NCBI GenBank assembly: GCA_021800255.1 | Contig: JAJYZC010000003.1 | Span: 44,475 to 108,474 of the forward strand | Direction of reading: 5' to 3' | Source: Acidobacteriota bacterium | GTDB lineage: Bacteria; Acidobacteriota; Terriglobia; Terriglobales; Acidobacteriaceae | DNA length: 64,000 nt | Part shown: one piece after another, positions 11,344 to 20,016 of the stretch | How the letters are laid out: every line of letters starts with the position of its first letter | Numbering within the stretch: the first letter of the stretch is position 1 | The notes under the pieces: model-generated | Told to the model about the DNA's origin: nothing | Database searches by the model: none | The model's input: the letters and a program-made list of their open reading frames with translations, nothing else | Translations under genes and position numbers: made by a program

Positions 11344-12237
11344 ATGGGAAGTTATCCCTCTTCAATTCCACCCCGCAGCCAGGTATCTACCCGTGAGACT
11401 CCTGACATCGCTGCGGAGATTCTGCCGCCGGCCGGGGACTATTCAGGCACTTACCAGCCGCCGCCGGTTCGACGGAAGCGGCCGATATGGCTTGCAGCGC
11501 CGGCTACCCATCTGCTGGTGGGGATCAACTGCGCAGTTTATGTGGCCATGGTGGCGCGCGGGATCAGCCCCGTCAGCCCCACGGTGGGCCAACTGATGAA
11601 CTGGGGCGCGAACAACGCCGGCTCAGTACTGCTGGAGCACCAGTGGTGGCGGATTGTAACCGCCATGTTTCTCCACGTGGGCATTCTGCACCTGGCCGTC
11701 AACATGTGGTGCCTATGGAATCTGGCGCTTCTGGCCGAACCGCTGATGGGCTTCGTGGGAGTGATCGCGGTTTATCTGCTGACGGGCGCGGCGGGCAATC
11801 TGCTATCGATACTGGTGAGCTGGGTATGGCCGATCCACGTGGGCAAAATGATCCTCTTTCCGGCCAGCGCGGGGGCTTCGGGAGCCATCTTCGGAATCGC
11901 CGGCGCCCTGATCGTGCTCCTGAAGCACCGCATGCCGGTGCCGCCCGAGGAACTGAAGAAACTGCGCAAGTCGGTGATCTACTTCGCGGTGCTGAACCTC
12001 GTGCTCGGCCTGGGAATCAGCGTAGGCACGGACGTGATCGGAAGCGGAATCCACATCGACAATATGGCGCACCTGGGCGGTTGCCTGTTCGGACTGCTGT
12101 TTGCGGCGCCCATGGTCCCGCGGCTGGGATCGCCGCCCGAAACCTTCAAGGCCCGGCTGCGGATCGCAGTGGCGATGGTGACGGGATTGCTGGTGCTGTT
12201 CGGGTTCTACCTGGCCCAGTTGCCGCCGCGAAGCTAA
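11344..12237 (+). CDS. Rhomboid intramembrane serine protease (catalytically intact)
   Basis: WWRIVTAMFLH..ILHLAVNM, AGASGAIFG (Ser), NMAHLGG (His). Confidence 0.9.
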   Translation: MGSYPSSIPPRSQVSTRETPDIAAEILPPAGDYSGTYQPPPVRRKRPIWLAAPATHLLVGINCAVYVAMVARGISPVSPTVGQLMNWGANNAGSVLLEHQWWRIVTAMFLHVGILHLAVNMWCLWNLALLAEPLMGFVGVIAVYLLTGAAGNLLSILVSWVWPIHVGKMILFPASAGASGAIFGIAGALIVLLKHRMPVPPEELKKLRKSVIYFAVLNLVLGLGISVGTDVIGSGIHIDNMAHLGGCLFGLLFAAPMVPRLGSPPETFKARLRIAVAMVTGLLVLFGFYLAQLPPRS

Positions 12238-12248
12238 AGCGCGAAAGA

Positions 12249-12596
12249 TTATCGCGTAGCCGTAGCGGCGAACTTTTTCACCATAGCCAGCAGCAGCTTG
12301 CGGTCGCTATCGTTCAAGTTCGACGAGTAGCGCCGGATCTGGGTGAGGAAGCGCAACTCCTCATCGGAGAGCTTTTGAGTGTTGAGCTGGCGGCCCAGCG
12401 AGTCGTCGGCGAAGAACTGGGCGATGGACAGGTCTAGCGCCTGTGCGATTTTGGCCAGCGTCTCAAGCGAGGGCACCGTGTGGCCGTTTTCCACCCGCGA
12501 GAGATAGCAGCGGAGCAGGCCGGTCTTCTTTTCGATGTCTCCTTGGGAAAGGCCCTTCTGGAGGCGGTAGGCGCGAATGGTGGTGCCGATCTTCAT
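12249..12596 (-). CDS. XRE-family helix-turn-helix regulator
   Basis: IRAYRLQKGLSQ...YLSRVENGHTVPSLETLAKIA. Confidence 0.88.
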   Translation of the reverse strand: MKIGTTIRAYRLQKGLSQGDIEKKTGLLRCYLSRVENGHTVPSLETLAKIAQALDLSIAQFFADDSLGRQLNTQKLSDEELRFLTQIRRYSSNLNDSDRKLLLAMVKKFAATATR

Positions 12597-12748
12597 TTTG
12601 GATAGAGTCCTGTCTGACGCTGGCCGTGGTTAACTGGCTTGGTAGCGATCAATACGTTATTGCCACAATAGTAAACACAGGATGGCAGGAATTGCAAGGC
12701 ATATGCGCCTGCGGTGCGATGATTTTCGCGCACGGAGCGCCAAGATGA

Positions 12749-13717
12749 TTACTTCGCCTTCTTGACCGCAGCGGTGAGGGCCGGAAGCACCTCAAAGAGG
12801 TCGCCGGCGATGCCGTAGTCGGCCACTTCGAAGATAGGAGCATCCCGGTCTTTGTTGATGGCTACGATGCACTGCGAGCCTTTGATGCCCACCAGGTGCT
12901 GAATGGCTCCGGAGATGCCGGCGGCCACGTAGAGCTTAGGCGCAACGGTTTGGCCGGAGCTGCCTACCTGCCGCTCCATGGGCAGCCAGCCGTTGTCGCA
13001 GATGGGGCGTGAGGCGGCCAGCTCCGCGCCCAGCGCGGAGGCGAGATCCTGGACGAGAGGCAGGTTGGCGGCGTCCTTGATGCCGCGGCCTACACCCACA
13101 ATGCGTTGCGCCGAACCCAGGTCCACAGTCTGCGCGGAGGCGCGAAAGGGATCGCCGGGGCGGGTGCGGATTTGGGCGGCGTCAATCTCCGGGGTGAAGT
13201 GATCGATCGTAGTTACGCCGCCGCTGGTCCCATCGGGCCGGAACGCCCCGCTTTGGATGGAGACAAAACACGGTCCGCCGCCTGGATGACGATAGACTGC
13301 GTTCATCTTCCCCTGAAAGAGCTGTCGCACGAATGCCGGGCCGGATTCAATGGCGGTCACGTCGCTGATGAGCGCCTGGCTGAACCTGGTTGCCAGACGG
13401 GGAACGAAGTCGCGCGCCTGATACGAATGAGGAAAAACGGCGTATGCAGGCTGGAGTTTGCGGATCAACTGCTCAAAGGCCAGCACATAGCCATCGGAAG
13501 TATAGCGGCTGAGCAGCGGATGCTCGATGGCGTGCGCCGCGGCCGGCGGCGGCCCGATGAATTCCGCAAAGAGATTGCTGTTTGAGTCGCCGACGCCTGC
13601 CGCTTCTATTTCAAGACCTGTATATCCGGCGAGCACACGTCCGGCAGCCAGCGTCTCCTGGAATGCGCGGGTGTTGCCATCTTTGCGCGCCTCCTGCACC
13701 ACCAAAATGCCGCTCAT
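12749..13717 (-). CDS. etfA: Electron transfer flavoprotein alpha subunit
   Basis: AASRPICDNGW, RQVGSSGQTVAPKLY, GISGAIQH, AINKD.DAPIF; start at MSGILVV, overlapping the etfB stop. Confidence 0.92.
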   Translation of the reverse strand: MSGILVVQEARKDGNTRAFQETLAAGRVLAGYTGLEIEAAGVGDSNSNLFAEFIGPPPAAAHAIEHPLLSRYTSDGYVLAFEQLIRKLQPAYAVFPHSYQARDFVPRLATRFSQALISDVTAIESGPAFVRQLFQGKMNAVYRHPGGGPCFVSIQSGAFRPDGTSGGVTTIDHFTPEIDAAQIRTRPGDPFRASAQTVDLGSAQRIVGVGRGIKDAANLPLVQDLASALGAELAASRPICDNGWLPMERQVGSSGQTVAPKLYVAAGISGAIQHLVGIKGSQCIVAINKDRDAPIFEVADYGIAGDLFEVLPALTAAVKKAK

Positions 13718-14499
13718 AGGACCTTCGCCTCGAACTTGAGTTTTTCCACCAGCGCCGCGGCTGCCTCCTCGGCGGAGCCGGAGAGCATCTGGGTGGATTT
13801 TTGCTTTTGGGGCAGGGTGACCTGATCGAGAATAACGGCAGGCGCAGAGGCTAGGCCGAGATCGGCGGCAGCGAGGGTGCGGACCGGCTTGGTCTTGGCG
13901 CGCTTGATGCCCATCAGCGTGGCATAGCGCAGCTTGTTGCCGCCGGACTGGATGGTGAGCACGGCCGGCGCAGGCAGCTCGATGAACTGAAACCATCCCT
14001 CCTCCAGCTCGCGCTTCACCTTGAGGCCGGTTGCCGTCATTTCCGCCTGAACAATGAGCGAGGCGTGAGGCAGGCCGAGCAGCTCGGCGAGGATGACGCC
14101 GGTTTGTCCCTGGCCCAGGTCTTCCGATTGCAGGCCGGTGAGAACCAGGCTGGGATTTTCCGGCTGGATGGCGGCAGCCAGCAGCCGCGCCACGGCCAGC
14201 GCGTCACGGGAGGCGAGATCGCCGCAAACGATATGGATGGCGCGGTCGGCGCCCTTGGCCAGCGCCTCGCGGAGGGTCGTGCCCACGCGCTCTGGCCCAG
14301 CGCTGACGGCCACCACCTCGCCCTCGGTCCCGGCGGACTCCTTGAGCCGCAGCGCCTCTTCAAGCGCATAGGCGTCGGGCTCGTTCATCGCATACCGCAA
14401 ACCCGATTCGCCGATCCATTGGGCCGCCGAGTCGATGCGCAACGGCGCATCGCGTTCTGGAACTTGTTTGATGGCAACGATAATCTTCATGTCCGTCAT
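13714..14499 (-). CDS. etfB: Electron transfer flavoprotein beta subunit
   Basis: MKIIVAIKQVP, MNEPDAYALEEALRLKE, ALAKGADRA, RYATLMGIKRAK; start at 14499 or 14490. Confidence 0.92.
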   Translation of the reverse strand: MTDMKIIVAIKQVPERDAPLRIDSAAQWIGESGLRYAMNEPDAYALEEALRLKESAGTEGEVVAVSAGPERVGTTLREALAKGADRAIHIVCGDLASRDALAVARLLAAAIQPENPSLVLTGLQSEDLGQGQTGVILAELLGLPHASLIVQAEMTATGLKVKRELEEGWFQFIELPAPAVLTIQSGGNKLRYATLMGIKRAKTKPVRTLAAADLGLASAPAVILDQVTLPQKQKSTQMLSGSAEEAAAALVEKLKFEAKVL

Positions 14500-14551
14500 T
14501 ATCTTAGATGCCCGGGCAACCAGGTGCGGTGCCGACGAGTATGCTTGAGGC

Positions 14552-15286
14552 ATGGACGACGCGAGTACTCATGCACCTGCCCGGCCCTCACTCGACCAGC
14601 CGCTGAGTGAGGCGGATTATGACCGCCTGGAGGAAATCCTCAGCCGCTTTCCACAGGAAGACGCGATGGACCTTGAGGAGATGGATGGGTTTTTCGCGGC
14701 GCTGGTTTGCGCGCCGCAAATGGTTCCTCCCAGCGCCTATCTCCACCAGATTTGGGGAGGCGGGGAACCCCCGTTCAGCGGAATCGGCGATTTCGAAGCA
14801 TTTCTCAATCTGGCCATGCGGCATTGGAACACTGTTTCGAAGAAGCTGGCTGACCCGGATCATGTCTTTATGCCTTTGTTGCTAACGGAAGAGGGAGAAG
14901 AATTCCCCAGTGGGAATAGCTGGGCAGAGGGTTTTCTCGCCGGTGTTGCGCTGAGCGGCGAGGGCTGGGATGAACTCTTTGGGAATGAGGACAAGTTCTT
15001 CCTGCTGTTGCCCGTTTTGGTCCTGGCGCATGAGCACGATCCGGACCCGGAGATGCGGACGTGGAAAACACCTCCGAGCGCGGAGCGGCGCAAAGAGCTG
15101 ATCGCAACGCTTTGCATGACGACACAGGGAATCCATGAATATTTCCGTTCCCAGCGCGTACGCGAGGCACGGCATATGCGGGGCGGGACTCGCAAAAGCG
15201 AGAGGAAGATTGGACGAAATGACCCTTGCTATTGCGGTTCCGGCAAGAAGTACAAACACTGCTGCGGAAATGCGACCGTAAACTGA
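14552..15286 (+). CDS. UPF0149/YecA-family protein with C-terminal SEC-C motif
   Basis: LEEMDGFFAALVCAP, WAEGFLAGV, KIGRNDPCYCGSGKKYKHCCG. Confidence 0.88.
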   Translation: MDDASTHAPARPSLDQPLSEADYDRLEEILSRFPQEDAMDLEEMDGFFAALVCAPQMVPPSAYLHQIWGGGEPPFSGIGDFEAFLNLAMRHWNTVSKKLADPDHVFMPLLLTEEGEEFPSGNSWAEGFLAGVALSGEGWDELFGNEDKFFLLLPVLVLAHEHDPDPEMRTWKTPPSAERRKELIATLCMTTQGIHEYFRSQRVREARHMRGGTRKSERKIGRNDPCYCGSGKKYKHCCGNATVN

Positions 15287-15353
15287 ACGGTTCCGCAGCG
15301 CTGACCGGCGCAACACGAAGGCAAATCGTCCTCTCGATGCCGCTCTTTCATTC

Positions 15354-17258
15354 TCACTCAGGCAAGCATTTCGCGGCGATCTGCGCAATATCCAGCAACT
15401 GCAGCGCGCCTTGGCCTCTCGCCGTGAGCGCATCCTGAAACATGGTATTGCAGAAGGGGCAGGCTGCGGCGATGGTTTGGGCGCCGGTGGCGGCCAGCTC
15501 TGCGGCGCGGACGTGGCTTATGCGCTCGCCTGTTTCTTCCCCAAGAAAGACAAGGCCGCCGCCGGCTCCGCAGCAGAAGCTGCGCTCGCGGTGGCGCGGA
15601 GCTTCGACCAGATCTCCGGCAAGCGCGGCGACGGCGCGCGGTTCCTGGTAAACGCCGCGGTAGCGGCCCAGATAGCAGGGATCGTGAAACACGATCTTTC
15701 CCTGCCCGCCATCGGCCGGCAGCTTGCCAAGGCGCCGCGCCAGAAACTCGCTGTGGTGCTCGACCGGCGGAGGCGTGCCGAACTCCTTCCAGTCTTCCTG
15801 GATGGTGCGCACGCAGTGCGGGCAGATCGAAATCATCTTCTTCACTTTGTTCTGAGTCAGGGCTTCGAGGTTGGCCCCGGCCAGTTGCTGGAAGACGAGA
15901 TCGTTGCCCAAGCGGCGGACGGGGTCGCCGGTGCAGCGTTCCTTGCGCAGCACGCCAAAGGTCACGCCCAGGTAATTCATCACGCGAACCAGAGCCAGCG
16001 CGATCTCGCGGCCGCGCGGGTCGTAGCTGCCCATGCAGCCAAGCCACAGGCAGTACTCCTGCGAGCCGTCGAAGATGGGCAGGGCGTTTTTTTCGACGAA
16101 CCTGTCGCGCTCGGTTGCGCTGAGGCCCAGAGCGTTCGATCCGCGTTCGAGCGCGAGAAAGAGCTTGGCGCCGTGCGCGTCGTCCCAGGCGCCGGTGTTG
16201 ACGGCGCCGCGGCGCAAGCCGACGAGGATGGGCAGGTGCTCGATGCCCACTGGGCATTGGAACTCGCAGGCGCCGCAGGTGGTGCACTGGAAGACAGCCT
16301 CCTGTGAGTTGTACTTGCCGAGCAGCGGGAGTTTTTTGGATTCTTGGGACGCCGGACCGTACTCGTTCAGGTAGCCGCGCAGGCCGAGAACGACCTGCTT
16401 GGGGTTGAGCAGCTTGCCGGTGCTGTTCGCCGGGCAGTGCTCGGTGCAGCGTCCGCACTCCACGCAGGAGTAGGCTTGCAGGCTGACCAGCCGCGTGAGG
16501 TCCGCGCCTGTCACCAGCCCAAAGTCCTCATCGCCGCTGAGCGGCGGAATGCGGCTGAAGCCGCCGCGCGAGAAAAATATGGTGAACGGCGCCAGCACCA
16601 GGTGCAGATGCTTGGTTTGAGGGATGACGGGAAGGAACAGGAGCAGAGTAATGGTGTGCGCCCACCAGAGAGCGCGCGCCGCCGGGCCTTCCGCGGTCAC
16701 AAAGAATTCCGCCAGATAGGCCGCCATGAGCAGAAAGATCAGCAACGCAACCAGCCCCGACCCCCACGAAAGCTCCTCCCCAAGCCACCGCGGCCGCACA
16801 AAAAAGCGGCGGATGAAGAGGCCGGCGATGCCCACCGCGCAGGCCAGCGCGAAGACGGCGGCAAAGTAGAAATAAAACCATCCGATCGGAGCCGCGGGGT
16901 CAAGGAACCCCAGCCCGAACAGCGTGGCGCAGTGGTTCAGCGAAACCAGCGCAAAGGCGCAGAAGGCCCAGAAGACGAAGGCGTGCGCCAGGCCGGCGAG
17001 CGGGCGCTGGCGGATGACTTTGGCCTGAAACAGGACCTCCCATAGGAATTCCCGGATGCGTTTGGCAATGGGGCGAAGGTGGAAGTCAGGGTCTTTTTTC
17101 GCGTGCAGGATTTTAGCAAGAATAAGCCCGAAACGCCGCCAGAAGAGCGCGGCCGAAGCGATGGTCAGCACGACGAAGAGCCACCTCTCGCCATGAGAGA
17201 AGTGTTGCGGCTCGGCCGGGGTAGGGAAAAAAGGGATCATCGGCGAACCCACCATCAT
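15354..17258 (-). CDS. Membrane-bound Fe-S oxidoreductase (FadF/GlpC/HdrD-like, CCG domains)
   Basis: N-terminal TM helices, CVECGRCTEHCP and CTTCGACEFQCP, CCGAGGG; lies upstream of etfBA on the same strand. Confidence 0.88.
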   Translation of the reverse strand: MMVGSPMIPFFPTPAEPQHFSHGERWLFVVLTIASAALFWRRFGLILAKILHAKKDPDFHLRPIAKRIREFLWEVLFQAKVIRQRPLAGLAHAFVFWAFCAFALVSLNHCATLFGLGFLDPAAPIGWFYFYFAAVFALACAVGIAGLFIRRFFVRPRWLGEELSWGSGLVALLIFLLMAAYLAEFFVTAEGPAARALWWAHTITLLLFLPVIPQTKHLHLVLAPFTIFFSRGGFSRIPPLSGDEDFGLVTGADLTRLVSLQAYSCVECGRCTEHCPANSTGKLLNPKQVVLGLRGYLNEYGPASQESKKLPLLGKYNSQEAVFQCTTCGACEFQCPVGIEHLPILVGLRRGAVNTGAWDDAHGAKLFLALERGSNALGLSATERDRFVEKNALPIFDGSQEYCLWLGCMGSYDPRGREIALALVRVMNYLGVTFGVLRKERCTGDPVRRLGNDLVFQQLAGANLEALTQNKVKKMISICPHCVRTIQEDWKEFGTPPPVEHHSEFLARRLGKLPADGGQGKIVFHDPCYLGRYRGVYQEPRAVAALAGDLVEAPRHRERSFCCGAGGGLVFLGEETGERISHVRAAELAATGAQTIAAACPFCNTMFQDALTARGQGALQLLDIAQIAAKCLPE

Positions 17259-17325
17259 CCCACGAGAGGCTCACCGCGGTCTCACCCGAAAACGGATTGC
17301 GGCATTCCGCCCGCCTGCAGGCCGC

Positions 17326-18672
17326 TCAGCAGCGCACAATCTTGGGCGACTCGATGCCCATGGTTGCGTTGCGCGTATCCACGACGAGCTGCGAGCGGGC
17401 GACGATGGCGCGGTAGTCGTAGCTGGAGTGGTCGGTGACGATGACCACGGCGTCGTACTGGCCGAGGTTGTCGAGCGGCGTGCTGGTCATGTTCAGGTCG
17501 TAGTGGCGGCCGCGGCCGACGGTGGGAAAGTAAGGATCGTTGTAAGCGACGACCGCACCCTTGGCGCGCAGCAGCTCGATGATGGTGAGCGAGGGCGACT
17601 CGCGCAGGTCGTCCACATCGCGTTTGTAGGCCAGGCCCAGGACCAGCACCTTCGATCCCTTTAGGGCTTTGCCTTGCTGGTTGAGAGCGGCGGCAATCTG
17701 GTCGAGCACGAAATAGGGCATGGCGGTGTTGATTTCGCCGGCCAGCTCGATGAAGCGGGTGCGAAAGTCGAACTCGCGCGCCTTCCAGGAGAGATAGAAG
17801 GGATCGATGGGGATGCAATGGCCGCCCAGGCCGGGGCCTGGATAGAAAGCCTGGAAGCCGAAGGGCTTGGTTTTGGCCGCCGCGATGACTTCATGAATGT
17901 CGATGCCCATCCTCATGCAAAGCTGCTTGAGCTCGTTGACGAGGGCGATGTTGACCGAGCGGTAGATGTTTTCGAGCAGCTTGGTCATCTCGGCCACGGC
18001 GGGGCTGCTCACGCGAACCACGTGGCGGAAGATGGCGCCGTACATGGCGGCGGCCAGCCCGGCAGCCGCTTCCCCACAGCCGCCCACCACTTTGGGTATG
18101 TCGCGGCGGTCGACGACATCGTTGCCGGGATCTTCGCGTTCGGGTGAGAAGGCCAGGTGTAAGCCGGTTTCGCCGGCCCCGCGCGCGATCTTCAAGCCGT
18201 GAGGATTGCCGTCTTCCAGCAGCGGCGCAACGACCTCTTCGGTGGTACCGGGATAGGTGGTGCTTTCGAGCACGATCAACTGGCCCTCGTGAAGATGGGG
18301 CGCAATGGATGCGGCGGTTCCCGTCACGTAGCTCAGGTCGGGTTCGCGGTGCTCGTCGAGCGGCGTGGGCACGCAGATAATGACCGCATCCATGGCGGCG
18401 ATTTCGGAGTAGTCCGATGTGGCGCGGAAGCCCGCCTTTTGCGCCTCCTGAACGGCTTCAGGAGGGATGCGCACAATGTAGGATGCGCCCGCGTTGAGCG
18501 TCTTCACCTTGTCCGGCGCAATGTCAAAGCCCGTGACGCGGAACCGCTCGCCGCTGAACAACAGAGCCAGCGGAAGTCCCACATAGCCCATGCCGACGAT
18601 TCCGATGCGGGCCTCGCGGTTTTCCAACTTGCGTTTCAGCTCTTCCAGCCTGCCGGTCATCGTGGTTGCCAT
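17326..18672 (-). CDS. Nucleotide-sugar dehydrogenase (UDP-GlcNAc/GalNAc 6-dehydrogenase, WbpA/TviB-like)
   Basis: GMGYVGLP, ICVPTP, LESTTYPGTT, FSPERED, KLLENIYR, GPGLGGHCIP, GLAYKRD. Confidence 0.9.
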   Translation of the reverse strand: MATTMTGRLEELKRKLENREARIGIVGMGYVGLPLALLFSGERFRVTGFDIAPDKVKTLNAGASYIVRIPPEAVQEAQKAGFRATSDYSEIAAMDAVIICVPTPLDEHREPDLSYVTGTAASIAPHLHEGQLIVLESTTYPGTTEEVVAPLLEDGNPHGLKIARGAGETGLHLAFSPEREDPGNDVVDRRDIPKVVGGCGEAAAGLAAAMYGAIFRHVVRVSSPAVAEMTKLLENIYRSVNIALVNELKQLCMRMGIDIHEVIAAAKTKPFGFQAFYPGPGLGGHCIPIDPFYLSWKAREFDFRTRFIELAGEINTAMPYFVLDQIAAALNQQGKALKGSKVLVLGLAYKRDVDDLRESPSLTIIELLRAKGAVVAYNDPYFPTVGRGRHYDLNMTSTPLDNLGQYDAVVIVTDHSSYDYRAIVARSQLVVDTRNATMGIESPKIVRC

Positions 18673-18771
18673 ACTGTTGATTGTAAAGCTGCATGGCGAG
18701 ACGGGCAGAATAGTATTCTAAGCCGGTGCGGAGAGATCGCTGGCGCGCGCACCAGTTCTGGGGGAGGAACC

Positions 18772-19719
18772 TTGGCGAAATACCTGGTTACCGGCGTGGC
18801 CGGTTTTATCGGACGCTCGATCGCCGCGGCGCTGGTGGAGCGCGGCGAAGATGTGCGCGGCATCGACAGCTTGATTACCGGCAAGCGCGCCAATCTGATC
18901 GGGCTGGAGGCGATGGAATTCATTGAAGGCGACCTGGCCGATCCCTTGGTCTGCGTGCGGGCCTGCGCCGGCGTGGAGATCGTCTTCCACGAGGCCGCGC
19001 TGGCTTCGGTTCCGCGTTCCGTGGCCGATCCCCTGGCCACCCACGTAAACTGCGTGAACGCCACGCTCAATTTGCTGGTGGCGGCCCGGGCTGCCGGGGT
19101 GCGGCGCATGGTTTACGCGGGATCGTCGTCGGCCTACGGAGACACACCCACGCTGCCCAAGCACGAGCGGATGGCGCCCAACCCCATCAGCCCCTACGCT
19201 GCGGCCAAACTGGCCGGCGAATACTACATGCGCTCCTTTGCGCGCGTTTACGATGTGGAAACGGTGACCTTGCGCTACTTCAACGTCTTCGGTCCTTACC
19301 AGGACCCCAGCTCACAGTACTCCGGCGTGCTGGCCGTCTTCTGCCGCAAGATGCTGGCCGGCGAACAGCCGATCATCCACGGCGACGGCGAGCAGAGCCG
19401 TGATTTTACTTACATCGATAACGTTGTGCAGGCTAACCTGCTGGCTGCGGCGGCGCCGGCTGAAAAGGTATCAGGCCAGGCGATAAACCTGGCGATGGGC
19501 GAGCGATTTACCTTGAACCAGACCTTCGAGATTTTGCGGGAACTCACTGGTTATAAGGGTGAGCCGGCGTACGCTCCTCCCCGCGCCGGCGATATTCGCC
19601 ACTCTCTGGCCGACATTCGGCTGGCCGGTGAGCTGCTCGGCTACCGGCCAGCTGTGGGTTTCCGCGAGGGGCTGCGCAGGACCGTGGAGTGGTACCGGGC
19701 GGCAGGGTTGGCGTCTTAG
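18772..19719 (+). CDS. NAD-dependent nucleotide-sugar epimerase (WbpP/TviC-like SDR)
   Basis: TTG start after GGGGAGG; LVTGVAGFIG, SSSAYG, SPYAAAK, RYFNVFGP, GDGEQSRDFTY. Confidence 0.9.
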   Translation: MAKYLVTGVAGFIGRSIAAALVERGEDVRGIDSLITGKRANLIGLEAMEFIEGDLADPLVCVRACAGVEIVFHEAALASVPRSVADPLATHVNCVNATLNLLVAARAAGVRRMVYAGSSSAYGDTPTLPKHERMAPNPISPYAAAKLAGEYYMRSFARVYDVETVTLRYFNVFGPYQDPSSQYSGVLAVFCRKMLAGEQPIIHGDGEQSRDFTYIDNVVQANLLAAAAPAEKVSGQAINLAMGERFTLNQTFEILRELTGYKGEPAYAPPRAGDIRHSLADIRLAGELLGYRPAVGFREGLRRTVEWYRAAGLAS

Positions 19720-20016
19720 GGCTGTGAACAGCCCCCTGGAACGATCCCAGAATATGCGTGTGATTTTGAGGCTTATGAGAAGTGGCATTTTCTTAAGGGA
19801 ATGCCGCTTGGCTGTGTGCTTTTGGTACAGCAATTCTGGAGCCGTTGTACCGTCGGCTGCGAAACTCCGGGATTTTTGTCTCATTCTGATGTGATGCACA
19901 ACACATACGGCCCTCCCCGAATCGACGAAAATTGCGCAAACCCCTTTTCAGGCGATTTTTGCTTCCGCTAGCCGGGAATTGCCTCGTGCGAGGGCTCTTG
20001 GAACCGAGGTGTTCCC

